Shown in pieces: positions 44,375 through 53,772 of a stretch of 64,000 bases of DNA; position 1 is the first letter of the stretch; every line of letters begins with the position of its first letter. The notes beneath the pieces were generated by a model. It searched no databases, was not told the origin of the DNA, and saw only the letters and a program-made list of their open reading frames with translations. The stretch lies in assembly GCA_037440625.1 (NCBI GenBank), contig JBBITT010000017.1, positions 1,767 to 65,766 on the forward strand, written 5' to 3'. This stretch comes from Chloroflexota bacterium. Its GTDB lineage: Bacteria; Chloroflexota; Anaerolineae; UBA4142. Position numbers and translations under genes: made by a program.

Positions 44375-45583
44375 CTAGGGTAACACTCGGCGCGTCCATT
44401 CGAGCGGGTCCACGTACTCGCCGTTGACCCACATACTCCAATGCAGGTGATTGCCGGTGGACAAGCCGGTGGTGCCCACCTTGCCGATCAATGTTCCCGG
44501 TTGTACCATCTGTCCCACCGTCACATTGATTTCGGATTGATGATAGTATGCGCTGAACACGCCCAAGCCGTGATCAATCACCGTCAAGTTGCCGCGCACT
44601 TGAGTGAGTCCCGCAAAAACCACTTGGCCGCGCGCCGGCGCATAAATCGGCGTGCCGCCCGGCATGGCCAAATCTACGCCTTCGTGTCCGCACGCGCCAA
44701 CCGGTCCGCCGTTATAGGATCGCCGCGTGCCGAAAAATTCCGAGATCGTGCCGTAAATCGGTTGGCGAAATGCGCCGCTCCACAAACGGGTGGGCGTGTA
44801 ATGCTTGACGATTGCCGCGAGTTCCGCGGCTTCGCGATTGATCAACGCGGTGTCTTGGAGAATGGTAACTTTGGCGGGAGGCAAATTGATTGCTGTGATG
44901 GGAAACGCCGTAGCAGCGATGTTGACGTTCGCGTTATCGCTGGAGGATTGTCCCTGGATGTCGAGCATGGTCAACGTGAGAGGCGTGTTGCCAAGTTTGG
45001 CACAGCGCGAGATACCCACGAGGGCGTACCAATAACCCGCCGCGCGCGTGAACGTAATCGGCTTGCCATTGAACAAGCCGCTCACTGAAGTCAGCGCAGG
45101 GCGCGCCACTTTGATCATCAAGGTCCCGCCTTGGCGTGCGCTCGGCGGGTCCAGAATCAAGCCGGGCTTGCTCACCGAGGCACTCGTTGGAATCGCGAGC
45201 GAATCGCCAACATAGATCAGGTTAGGGTTGGGAAGATCGTTCAATTGCATCAACTCGCGCAGGGTGATGCCGTAGCGCAACGCAATCGAGTACAGCGAAT
45301 CGCCGGGTTGAACGATGTACGAGGTTGATTTGACGGTTGGGCTGGCGGCTTCGGTGGGGATGAGCAGTTTTTGTCCGACGAGTATCGTATCGGAGGTGAG
45401 TTTGTTCAATTGCTTGATCGCGGCAACGGTGGTGTTGTAGCGTAACGCAATCGAAAACAGCGTATCGCCGGCTTGGACGACGTAGGTTTCCGGGGCAGCG
45501 TGGGGGGGTGCGGCTTCAATCGAAATCGGGGCGAGGGCGAGCGTGAGTGCACCCACTACTACAAGCAAGAAAGCCAATCGCAT
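44375..45583 (-). CDS. Secreted protein with two LysM domains and an M23 metallopeptidase domain
   Basis: Two LysM repeats; HEGVDLA and TGNHLHWSMWVNGEYVDP. Confidence 0.88.
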   Translation of the reverse strand: MRLAFLLVVVGALTLALAPISIEAAPPHAAPETYVVQAGDTLFSIALRYNTTVAAIKQLNKLTSDTILVGQKLLIPTEAASPTVKSTSYIVQPGDSLYSIALRYGITLRELMQLNDLPNPNLIYVGDSLAIPTSASVSKPGLILDPPSARQGGTLMIKVARPALTSVSGLFNGKPITFTRAAGYWYALVGISRCAKLGNTPLTLTMLDIQGQSSSDNANVNIAATAFPITAINLPPAKVTILQDTALINREAAELAAIVKHYTPTRLWSGAFRQPIYGTISEFFGTRRSYNGGPVGACGHEGVDLAMPGGTPIYAPARGQVVFAGLTQVRGNLTVIDHGLGVFSAYYHQSEINVTVGQMVQPGTLIGKVGTTGLSTGNHLHWSMWVNGEYVDPLEWTRRVLP

Positions 45584-45643
45584 GCTGTTCTCCTTTCGCT
45601 GATCACATTATAGCATTTTTCGGAAACCCAAACAACCCAACGG

Positions 45644-45672
45644 TTGCCAAAACAATCCCGTTTGAGTAAAAT
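45644..45672 (+). promoter_or_regulatory. Candidate promoter TTGCCA-17-TAAAAT upstream of rel
   Basis: ggTTGCCAaaacaatcccgtttgagTAAAATtatgg. Confidence 0.45.
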
Positions 45673-45690
45673 TATGGCGAAGGGTGCAGG

Positions 45691-47841
45691 ATGGAGATCC
45701 AAGACCTGATCCGCAAAATTCAATCCTATAATCCCAACGCCGACATTGAACGGATTCGGCGGGCGTACGCTCTTGCCGCGCAAGCACACCAAGGGGTGAT
45801 GCGCTCGACCGGCGATCCGTACATCACCCATTGTCTCGAAGTCGCCAATATTCTGGCGGACCTCAACCTGGATGATGACACGCTGGTTGCCGCGCTCTTG
45901 CACGATGTCCCGGAAGATACCGATGTCTCACTCGAAACGATTCGTCAAGAATTTGGCGACAAGGTCGCAGAATTGGTGGATGGCGTTACAAAACTTTCCG
46001 GCTTGCGTTTGGGGATGGAGCAGACGCAAGCCGAATCTTTGCGCAAGATGTTTATGGCAATGGCGGAGGAAATCCGCGTCGTCATCATCAAACTCGCTGA
46101 TCGGTTGCACAATATGCGCACGCTCTACGCGCGTCCGCCGGACAAGCAACGCAAAATCGCGCGCGAGACGATGGAAATCTTTGCGCCACTCGCGAATCGC
46201 TTGGGGATGTACAACATCCGCCGCGAACTCGAAGACCTCTCGCTCAAGTACCTTGAACCGGACGAGTATCACAAAATCGAAACGCTGCTTGCGGATGACA
46301 AGGACGATAAACAAGCCTACATTCAACAAACGATTGCAATTCTGCGGGAACGCTTGGCGCAAGAGGGGATTCAGCCGATCGAAATCAGTGGGCGTCCAAA
46401 GCACATTTACAGCATCTATAACAAAATGATTCGCAAGGGGCGCGACTTTGATCAGATTTACGATATTCGTGCCATTCGGGTCATTGTAGATTCCGTACGC
46501 GATTGCTACGTGGTGTTGGGCATCGTTCATAGTTTGTGGACGCCCATCCCCGGCGAATTCGACGATTACATCGCCAAGCCCAAAGAAAACTTGTATCAAT
46601 CCTTGCATACGGCGGTCATTGGTCCCGCCGGCAAGCCGGTCGAAATCCAAATTCGCACCGCCCAGATGCACGAGATTGCCGAGTTTGGAATTGCGGCGCA
46701 TTGGCGCTACAAGGAAGCCGGCGCCAAACACGATGCGGCTTTGGAAAGCAAAATCAATTGGTTGCGTCAATTGATGGATTGGCGCAAAGACATTGCCGAT
46801 GCGCGCGTGTTTGTGGATTCGCTCAAGACCGATATTTTCCAAGACCAAGTGTACGTCTTTACGCCCAAAGGTGACATTATCGAATTGCCAGCCGGTGCCA
46901 CGCCGATTGACTTTGCGTACCACGTCCACACGGAGATTGGTCATCGTTGTCGTGGCGCCAAAGTGAACGGCCGCATCGTCCCGCTCGATTATCGCTTGAA
47001 AACCGGCGACCGCGTGGAGATCACGACGGCGAAAAAAGGCGGACCCAGCCGCGATTGGTTGAATCCCGGTTTGAATTTGGTGCATACTGCCCGCGCGCGC
47101 GAAAAGATTCGCTACTATTTCAAACATCAAGCACGTGAACAAGCCATCGCCGAAGGGCGCGCGTTGTTAGAAAAAGAATTGCACAAACTGGGTTGGGATC
47201 AACGCAATTGGGACGAACTCGCCAAATCGTTCAACTATAAAAACACCGATGACTTTTTAGAAGCCATTGGTCACGAGGACTTGTCCATTCAAACCATCAT
47301 CGTCAAGTTGTTGGAAGCCGAACGCGCCAAGTCGGAGACGGAAGAAGCCGGCGCACAACCGATTGCGCCGCGTATCCCGGAAACTTCGGCGACGGTGCAA
47401 GGCGTGGATAACTTGATGGTGCGGGTGGCGCGGTGTTGCAATCCCTTGCCCGGCGATGCCGTGGTGGGCTATATCACGCGCGGGCGGGGGATCGTCATTC
47501 ATCGTCGGAATTGCCGCAACGTGGTGAACTGGGAGGAGGGCGATGAACGCGCGCGTTTGATTGAGATTGATTGGCGGCAAACCGAACAGCAGACGTATCC
47601 GGTGTTGGTGCAAATCAAAGCCTTTGATCGCGCCGGGTTGGTGCACGATATTTCCGGCATCGTTGCCGCCGAAGGCGTGAACATGTCTTCGACCAGTGCG
47701 ACCTCGGGCCGCAAAGATCACATTGCGATGATTATGGCGACCTTGGAAATTTCCAGCGCAGATCAATTGACGCGCATTCTCAACAAGATTGATCATTTGC
47801 CTAATGTCATCGAAGCGCGCCGGGTAACCTCCAGTTCTTAA
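45691..47841 (+). CDS. rel: Bifunctional (p)ppGpp synthetase/hydrolase (RelA/SpoT homologue)
   Basis: HD domain HCLEVANIL...LHDVPEDT; synthetase RPKHIYSIYNKM; TGS and ACT regions. Confidence 0.95.
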   Translation: MEIQDLIRKIQSYNPNADIERIRRAYALAAQAHQGVMRSTGDPYITHCLEVANILADLNLDDDTLVAALLHDVPEDTDVSLETIRQEFGDKVAELVDGVTKLSGLRLGMEQTQAESLRKMFMAMAEEIRVVIIKLADRLHNMRTLYARPPDKQRKIARETMEIFAPLANRLGMYNIRRELEDLSLKYLEPDEYHKIETLLADDKDDKQAYIQQTIAILRERLAQEGIQPIEISGRPKHIYSIYNKMIRKGRDFDQIYDIRAIRVIVDSVRDCYVVLGIVHSLWTPIPGEFDDYIAKPKENLYQSLHTAVIGPAGKPVEIQIRTAQMHEIAEFGIAAHWRYKEAGAKHDAALESKINWLRQLMDWRKDIADARVFVDSLKTDIFQDQVYVFTPKGDIIELPAGATPIDFAYHVHTEIGHRCRGAKVNGRIVPLDYRLKTGDRVEITTAKKGGPSRDWLNPGLNLVHTARAREKIRYYFKHQAREQAIAEGRALLEKELHKLGWDQRNWDELAKSFNYKNTDDFLEAIGHEDLSIQTIIVKLLEAERAKSETEEAGAQPIAPRIPETSATVQGVDNLMVRVARCCNPLPGDAVVGYITRGRGIVIHRRNCRNVVNWEEGDERARLIEIDWRQTEQQTYPVLVQIKAFDRAGLVHDISGIVAAEGVNMSSTSATSGRKDHIAMIMATLEISSADQLTRILNKIDHLPNVIEARRVTSSS

Positions 47842-48071
47842 TCGCGCGCTGCGATTTCAACGATTTTCAAAAAACCCCAGACCAAGCCTACCAATCCCAT
47901 AAAGCCGGCAAAGCATCCCAGTGCCACCAACAACGCCGGCACGCCCCAGATCAACGCAATCAAGCCACCCCCGATGACCAAACCAATCAACGTGCCCCCC
48001 AGAATCAATTCGCGTTCCAAGCGTCCGCGATATGTGCGTGAATCAAACGAGCGTTTCGGCTTTGGCGTCAT
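47838..48071 (-). CDS. Small two-helix membrane protein
   Basis: GAGGAGG-4 nt-ATG; hydrophobic GGTLIGLVIGGGLIALIWGVPALLVALGCFAGFMGLVGLVWGFL; stop overlaps the rel stop by 4 nt. Confidence 0.5.
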   Translation of the reverse strand: MTPKPKRSFDSRTYRGRLERELILGGTLIGLVIGGGLIALIWGVPALLVALGCFAGFMGLVGLVWGFLKIVEIAARD

Positions 48072-48105
48072 AAATCCTCCTCGCCAATTATACCACTATT
48101 CGGAA

Positions 48106-48134
48106 TTGTCAATTCAATTTTCTTGCGGTAAAAT
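48106..48134 (+). promoter_or_regulatory. Candidate promoter TTGTCA-17-TAAAAT for the GNAT/GT-C operon
   Basis: gaaTTGTCAattcaattttcttgcggTAAAATaacac, 20 nt before GTG 48154. Confidence 0.45.
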
Positions 48135-48153
48135 AACACTACGGAGGAAAGCC

Positions 48154-49170
48154 GTGGCACGCTGGTTAAGCCCTGACGATTTATTTGCCATCAAACGCCT
48201 GCAAACGCGCGGCGTCCAACTTGATTTTGAACGTGCGGTATTGTGGCCCCACAGCGCGCTGCAAGCCGCGCTCTATGCGCACATTCCGATTAGTGCGATT
48301 GGTGCGGAGACAATTGTGTTGTACCCCTCCGCCACTCATCGCGCGAGTGCGGTGGGGTTCTTGCAGTTGCGTAGTCGCCGCGGCAGACCGGAAGCCGATA
48401 TTGTGTATCTTGCGCCCGCCTTGGACAGCGAAGAGGATGCCGTCGCGATTTGGTATCGCTTGCTCGCCGAAGCCGCGCAGGAGATTGGCGCGCAAGGTGT
48501 GCAACGTTTGTTTGCCCAAGTTACCAGTGGCAATAGTGTTGAGCAAGTATTTGCGCAAGCTGGTTTTGGCGCCTATTCGCGCGAAGAAATCTATTGCCTC
48601 CCCAAGTTGCCCGCCGATATGGCGCATCCGTCCCTGTTACGTCGGCAAACGACGCGGGATGGCTGGAATCTGTTGCGGCTCTACACCGAATTGACCCCGC
48701 GCCCGGTCCAGATCGCGGAGGGTATGTTATCGCCAGAAGGACAAGCCGGCAAGATGGGCGATTGGTGGGATCAATCGCGCGAAGCCGGCTTTATCCTCGA
48801 AGTGGAGGGCGAACTCGCCGGCGCGGTGCGCATTCGGCGAGGCAGCGCGGCGTACTGGTTGCGTTTTGGTTTGCATCCGCAAGCGCAAGAACACAGCGAT
48901 CGTTTGTTGCAAGGCGCGTTGGTTTTGCTGCATTCCATGCCGCCTCATCCGATCTATTGCGCCGTGCGCGATTACGAAAGTGGAATGGCGTTGGCGTTGG
49001 AACGCGCTGGCTTTCAACATGTCCAAATGCGCAGTCTGCTCGTCAAACACTTGACGGTGCGCGCCAAAGAGCCGCTTCTCAAACTTGCCCCCGCTCTGGA
49101 GAAACACGCCAAACCCGCGGCGAGTGTCTCGCATCACATTTCGACATTCGTTGATTCGCGTTCTTCGTGA
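48154..49170 (+). CDS. Putative tandem GNAT-fold acetyltransferase
   Basis: GTG after GGAGGA; two acyl-CoA-transferase-like segments (GVQRLFAQVTSGNSVEQVFAQAGF; IYCAVRDYESGMALALERAGF). Confidence 0.4.
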   Translation: MARWLSPDDLFAIKRLQTRGVQLDFERAVLWPHSALQAALYAHIPISAIGAETIVLYPSATHRASAVGFLQLRSRRGRPEADIVYLAPALDSEEDAVAIWYRLLAEAAQEIGAQGVQRLFAQVTSGNSVEQVFAQAGFGAYSREEIYCLPKLPADMAHPSLLRRQTTRDGWNLLRLYTELTPRPVQIAEGMLSPEGQAGKMGDWWDQSREAGFILEVEGELAGAVRIRRGSAAYWLRFGLHPQAQEHSDRLLQGALVLLHSMPPHPIYCAVRDYESGMALALERAGFQHVQMRSLLVKHLTVRAKEPLLKLAPALEKHAKPAASVSHHISTFVDSRSS

Positions 49171-49185
49171 TATAATTCCGCCGCC

Positions 49186-51096
49186 ATGAATCGGCAATCC
49201 ATCCATTCCCCCTTCATCGAACGCCTCGTGCTGGGGGCGATGCTCCTCCTTGCTTTGGCGGTGCGCCTTTATCGGTTGGAGGCGCAAGCCCTTTGGTGGG
49301 ACGAAAGTCTCAGCGTGTATCGTGCGACGCGCGATCTGGGCACCGTTTTATCGAACACGATTCTCATCCAGAATTTGGTTACGGTGGATACGTTGCCCCA
49401 GTTGTATTTTGTGCTCCTCAACGTGTGGGTGCGTGCGACGGGCATTAGCGAATACGCGCTCCGATTTTTCTCCGTGTTTGCCAACGTTGCCACGCTTCCG
49501 CTCATCTACGCGCTGGCGCGCCGATGGTTGAGCAAATCGGCGGCGTGGGTGGCGATGTTGCTGGGCGCGCTCTCGCCATTCTACACGTGGTACGCCCAAG
49601 AAGCACGACCGTATGCGTTGGTACTTTTTTGGAGCACGCTGGCGATTTATGCGTTGACGCGTGCATTGGATTCGCGCTCGCGTGTTTGGCTGATAACCTA
49701 TTTGCTCGCAGCCACGGCATCACTTTACACGCATTACTATTCGCTCTTTCTCTTGCCATTCCATTCGATTCTAATTGCAATGGCGTGGAGACCGAATATC
49801 AAGCGCGCGTGGATAGGGCTTCCCACGTTGCCGCTTCTCGGCGCGATTTTTTTGTTGCCGCAAATTCTTGCCAGCATGGCGGGCAACGTCAATTGGGGTC
49901 CCATCTTTGTCCCGCTCCCAACCATCTTGCTCGATCTGCTCAACTCGTTCAGCGTGGGCGTTACCGCTGATTTGAACGCGGTGTGGTGGATTGATGGGGC
50001 ATTACTGGTAGTGTTCGCCATCGGTCTAAGTCTCAAACCTCAAATCTCAAATCCCAAATTTGAGATTTGGAATTTGCGATTTGGGATTTTGGCTTTCGCC
50101 TATTTGCTGGTGCCGGTACTTGGAGTTTTTGTCGCGTCATTCATTCGCCCGTTGTATCAAAACTCGCGGTACCTCATTTCGATTAGCCCGGCGTTTTATC
50201 TGGGTGTGGCGGCGGGTATCGTTGTCTTGCGGCGGCGTTGGCAATGGATGGCGATCTCGGTAATTGCCGTGTACCTGCTTGGCGCGATCATCTCGCTGAA
50301 CAATTGGTATTTCAATCCACAGTTCGGCAAAGACGATCATCGCGGCTGGGCGGCGTCTCTGCGCGAGCGCGTGCTGCCCGGCGATTTTCTCATTCTCGAT
50401 TCGCCGCACACCGAAGAGCTGTATCGCTACTATGCTGACGATCTCGTGCCGATGATTACGCTACCGATTTTGCGCGCGGATGGTCAGCCCTCGCCCCAAG
50501 CCGATTTGGACGCCATCCGCCAAGCGTATCGCCAGCACGCGCGCGTGTGGTTTTTGGCTTTGCATGTCCCGTTCGATGATCCGTACCAACGCATCGAAAC
50601 ATTGTTGCATCAAGAAGGAGTGTTGATTGACCAAGCCCAATTTGCTGGCACGAGTACCGCGATCACCCTAGCGTTGTTTATGCCGACAATGCCGGTCGCA
50701 CAGCCCGGCGATGTTCCGTACCCACTCGATCTTGGATTTGCCGGCAATTTGCGTTTGCGCGGCTATGATGCGCCCACATCGTTGCGTACCAATCAACCCA
50801 ACTTCATCAAACTCTTTTGGCAACTGGACGAACCGGTGGGCGAAGATTATGCGGTATCGTTGCGCGTGGTGGATGACGCCGGTCAAGTCGTGATGCAACA
50901 CGATGCCGTGTTGTTGGGCAATCGTGCCGGCACATCCACATGGATGCCCAAGCAAATCCTGGTCGAGACGCGCGCCATCGTGTTGACGCATCCGATCGTT
51001 GCCGGAAAATATGCTTTGCAAGTGGTGCCTTATCACCTTGCGACCGGTAATGCGTTGGGCGAAGTGTTCACGCTGGCTGAGATTGAGGTACCGTGA
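49186..51096 (+). CDS. GT39/ArnT-type (GT-C fold) polyprenyl-phosphate-sugar-dependent glycosyltransferase, paralogue 1
   Basis: First-loop WWDESLSVY (D-E motif), about 11 TM helices, C-terminal beta-rich domain shared with 51868 and 57411. Confidence 0.75.
   Translation: MNRQSIHSPFIERLVLGAMLLLALAVRLYRLEAQALWWDESLSVYRATRDLGTVLSNTILIQNLVTVDTLPQLYFVLLNVWVRATGISEYALRFFSVFANVATLPLIYALARRWLSKSAAWVAMLLGALSPFYTWYAQEARPYALVLFWSTLAIYALTRALDSRSRVWLITYLLAATASLYTHYYSLFLLPFHSILIAMAWRPNIKRAWIGLPTLPLLGAIFLLPQILASMAGNVNWGPIFVPLPTILLDLLNSFSVGVTADLNAVWWIDGALLVVFAIGLSLKPQISNPKFEIWNLRFGILAFAYLLVPVLGVFVASFIRPLYQNSRYLISISPAFYLGVAAGIVVLRRRWQWMAISVIAVYLLGAIISLNNWYFNPQFGKDDHRGWAASLRERVLPGDFLILDSPHTEELYRYYADDLVPMITLPILRADGQPSPQADLDAIRQAYRQHARVWFLALHVPFDDPYQRIETLLHQEGVLIDQAQFAGTSTAITLALFMPTMPVAQPGDVPYPLDLGFAGNLRLRGYDAPTSLRTNQPNFIKLFWQLDEPVGEDYAVSLRVVDDAGQVVMQHDAVLLGNRAGTSTWMPKQILVETRAIVLTHPIVAGKYALQVVPYHLATGNALGEVFTLAEIEVP
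50032..50094. repeat. Inverted arrays of heptanucleotide repeats (CTCAAAT x4 / ATTTGAG-type x4-5) inside the coding sequence
   Basis: ctcaaac ctcaaat ctcaaat cccaaat | ttgagat ttggaat ttgcgat ttgggat tttggct; 63 nt, in frame (KPQISNPKFEIWNLRFGILA). Confidence 0.75.
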
Positions 51097-51866
51097 CCCG
51101 ACCCGAAGAAATGTTGATGCACCCGGAGGAATACCGGGTGATGTTCCAAGTCGAGAATGGGTATTGGTGGTATCGTGGTTTGCGCAACTTGCTCAAGCAA
51201 TTATTGCCACGTTACCTTCCGCGGGATGCCAACGCTCTCATCCTCGATGCCGGGTGTGGGACGGGCGCCAACCTGCAATTGTTGCAAACGTGGGGGCGCG
51301 TGATTGGGATTGATATCGCGCGTGAGGCACTCGATTTTTGTCGTGTGCGCGGCGTGCCTAGCGATCGCCTGCTTGCCGCGTCCGTAACCGCGCTCCCGTT
51401 CGCGGCGCAATCGTTTGACGTGGTCGTTTCGTTCGATGTCATTTGCAATATTCCGGATGATGTGGATGCGTTCGAACAGGTGGTGCGCATTTTGAAACCG
51501 GGCGGCTATTTCATCGTCCAGTTACCAGCGTATCAATGGTTGTGGAGCATGCACGATGTTGCCGTGGGGCATCAACGGCGGTACTCGTCGCGCGAGACAC
51601 GCGCCAAACTGGAACGCGCCGGCTTGCACGTCGTTCGTGTGTTGCACACCAATGCGTTGTTGCTTCCGTTGGTGGCAATCGAACGTTTACTGCGCCGATA
51701 TGCGATGGAGCATCACGCCCCAGTGGTTTCCGATCTGCAATTGAATGTGCCCGCGTGGCTCAATCAACTGCTTTCGATCATTTATCAAATCGAGATCGCG
51801 TTTGCCGCGCGCGTGGATTTTCCGATTGGACTATCCCTGATTGCGGTGGCGCAAAAACAAGTGTGA
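51093..51866 (+). CDS. Class I SAM-dependent methyltransferase
   Basis: LILDAGCGTGANLQLL, ILKPGGYFIV; GTGA overlap with the upstream gene. Confidence 0.75.
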   Translation: MTRPEEMLMHPEEYRVMFQVENGYWWYRGLRNLLKQLLPRYLPRDANALILDAGCGTGANLQLLQTWGRVIGIDIAREALDFCRVRGVPSDRLLAASVTALPFAAQSFDVVVSFDVICNIPDDVDAFEQVVRILKPGGYFIVQLPAYQWLWSMHDVAVGHQRRYSSRETRAKLERAGLHVVRVLHTNALLLPLVAIERLLRRYAMEHHAPVVSDLQLNVPAWLNQLLSIIYQIEIAFAARVDFPIGLSLIAVAQKQV

Positions 51867-51867
51867 A

Positions 51868-53772
51868 ATGAAAAAGTTTTGGCTTTTAGGATTGATTCTG
51901 CTTGCCTTTGTCGTGCGCATGTATCGGCTGGATGCCTTTGCCCTCCGCGGCGATGAATCGTTCACGGTGCTGTTTGTTCAGCGAACCTGGGAAGGATTAT
52001 GGCGCGGGATTAGCACCATCGAACCGAATCCGCCGTTGATGTATCTCGCGTTGCGGGTCTGGGTGGCGATTGCCGGCACAAGCGAATTTGTTACGCGGCA
52101 CTTTTCCGTGTTCTTTGGCATGCTGGGCGTGCCACTAATCTATCGGCTGGCGCGCGAAATGTTCAAATCACAGACGATTGCACTGACCGCCGCCGCGCTC
52201 ATCGCGATCAATCCATATCAGATTTGGCATTCGCAAGATGTGCGCAACTATACGATGTGGCCCACGCTCAGTTTGCTGGCGTTGGTTTTCTTTTGGCAAT
52301 GGTGGCGAAAGGAGACTACCGACTACCGACTACCGACTACCGACTACCGACTAGCGACTAACAACTACCGACTAACGACTAACAACTACCGACTAATTCT
52401 TTATGTGGCCGCCACACTCGCCAGTCTCTACACCCATTATTACGACGTATTCATCCTTGCCGCACTCAATCTGTTTGTGCTCACCTTTGCCAGCGTGGCG
52501 CGGCGATGGCAAACTTTGGTGCGATGGATTGGTGCGCAAGCGGCGTTGGTCTTGCTCTACGCGCCCTGGGTGCTCGTTGGAACGAATCGGATCACGACGT
52601 ACAATGAAGCAAGTGCGGAGCAAAGCGTCTCTTTGCTCGATGTGTTCAGCCGCACGCTTGCCGCGTTCATCGTCAGCGAAACGGTCCCGCGCGATGTGTG
52701 GTCAATGGTGTGGTTGCCACTCTCGCTTGCCCTCGTCGCGATTCTGGTCTATCTCGCCAAACGAAATCACGAACGTGCGCTCTTTCTCGCGCTTTACATT
52801 GCGGTGCCGACGTTGGCGCTGTACATCATTTCGATGGGGCGCCCCTTGTTTTTGGAACGGTATCTCAACGGCATCGCGCCGGCGTATTATCTGGTGTTTG
52901 CGGTTGGTATCGCCGCGCTGATTCAGAGGCGCACCTCACTCGCCAAGGTTGGGTTGATCGTTGCCGCGCTGTTTTTTATCGGCACATCGGTGTATGCCAC
53001 GTGGAATGCCAACTTTGATCCGGCGTTTGCCAAAGCCCCCCTATGGCGCGAAATGGCGCAAACGATTATCGCCCAAATGCGACCGGGCGATCTGGTCGTT
53101 CAGAATTTTACCGAGGTGTCGCCGTACTATTATCTCAATCCGTACGTACCCGTGTTTACGCTCCCGAAAGATTACTGGTTCACGCCGGCGGACGAACCAC
53201 TCTTGCGCCAATGGACTACCGAATATCGGCGGATCTGGTTTATTCCAGCACAACCGAATCAGTGGGACCCGGATCAACAGGTGGAAAAATTCTTGGCGCA
53301 CCATGCGGAACGGGTTTTCGAACGGCGGATGGGAACGTTACGCGTGCAACTGTATCTGACCCCGCGCGAGTTTGCTGCCAAAATCAATCCGCTGAATGCG
53401 CGCGTGGGTAATGCGACATTGACCGGTTATCACATTGAGCGCGGCAACCCGGTGCGCGTGGTGTTGTATTGGCGCGCGGAGCAACCGATCACCCAAGCGT
53501 ATAGCGTCTTTGTGCATCTGGCTGATGCGCATAACCAGATCGTTGCGCAACAGGATCGTGCGCCGGCGTTTGGTTGGTATCCCACCACCGAGTGGCAACC
53601 CGGCGAATCCATTGTGGATGTGTACGAATTGACGGTGGATGCGCCGGGCACATTCACGCTCATCGTTGGAATGTACGATCCAAACACGCTTGAACGTGTG
53701 CCGGCGTTTGATGCAAACGGTACGCGATTCACGGATGATCGCATCGTCCTGACGCAAATCACAATTCCATAA
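51868..53772 (+). CDS. GT39/ArnT-type GT-C glycosyltransferase, paralogue 2
   Basis: LRGDESFTV first loop, EPNPPLMY, C-terminal domain LTGYHIE...VVLYWRAEQP...YPTTEWQPGE. Confidence 0.75.
   Translation: MKKFWLLGLILLAFVVRMYRLDAFALRGDESFTVLFVQRTWEGLWRGISTIEPNPPLMYLALRVWVAIAGTSEFVTRHFSVFFGMLGVPLIYRLAREMFKSQTIALTAAALIAINPYQIWHSQDVRNYTMWPTLSLLALVFFWQWWRKETTDYRLPTTDYRLATNNYRLTTNNYRLILYVAATLASLYTHYYDVFILAALNLFVLTFASVARRWQTLVRWIGAQAALVLLYAPWVLVGTNRITTYNEASAEQSVSLLDVFSRTLAAFIVSETVPRDVWSMVWLPLSLALVAILVYLAKRNHERALFLALYIAVPTLALYIISMGRPLFLERYLNGIAPAYYLVFAVGIAALIQRRTSLAKVGLIVAALFFIGTSVYATWNANFDPAFAKAPLWREMAQTIIAQMRPGDLVVQNFTEVSPYYYLNPYVPVFTLPKDYWFTPADEPLLRQWTTEYRRIWFIPAQPNQWDPDQQVEKFLAHHAERVFERRMGTLRVQLYLTPREFAAKINPLNARVGNATLTGYHIERGNPVRVVLYWRAEQPITQAYSVFVHLADAHNQIVAQQDRAPAFGWYPTTEWQPGESIVDVYELTVDAPGTFTLIVGMYDPNTLERVPAFDANGTRFTDDRIVLTQITIP
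52314..52397. repeat. Heptanucleotide tandem repeat, 12 units (GACTACC x5 perfect plus 7 variants) within the coding sequence
   Basis: gactacc x5, gactagc, gactaac, aactacc, gactaac, gactaac, aactacc, gactaat; encodes TTDYRLPTTDYRLATNNYRLTTNNYRLI. Confidence 0.9.

Noticed and set aside
52314-52397. A possible CRISPR array or minisatellite, also considered at 50032..50094.
   Set aside because: The units are only 7 nt with no spacers. They lie inside intact ORFs, and no cas genes are present in the window.
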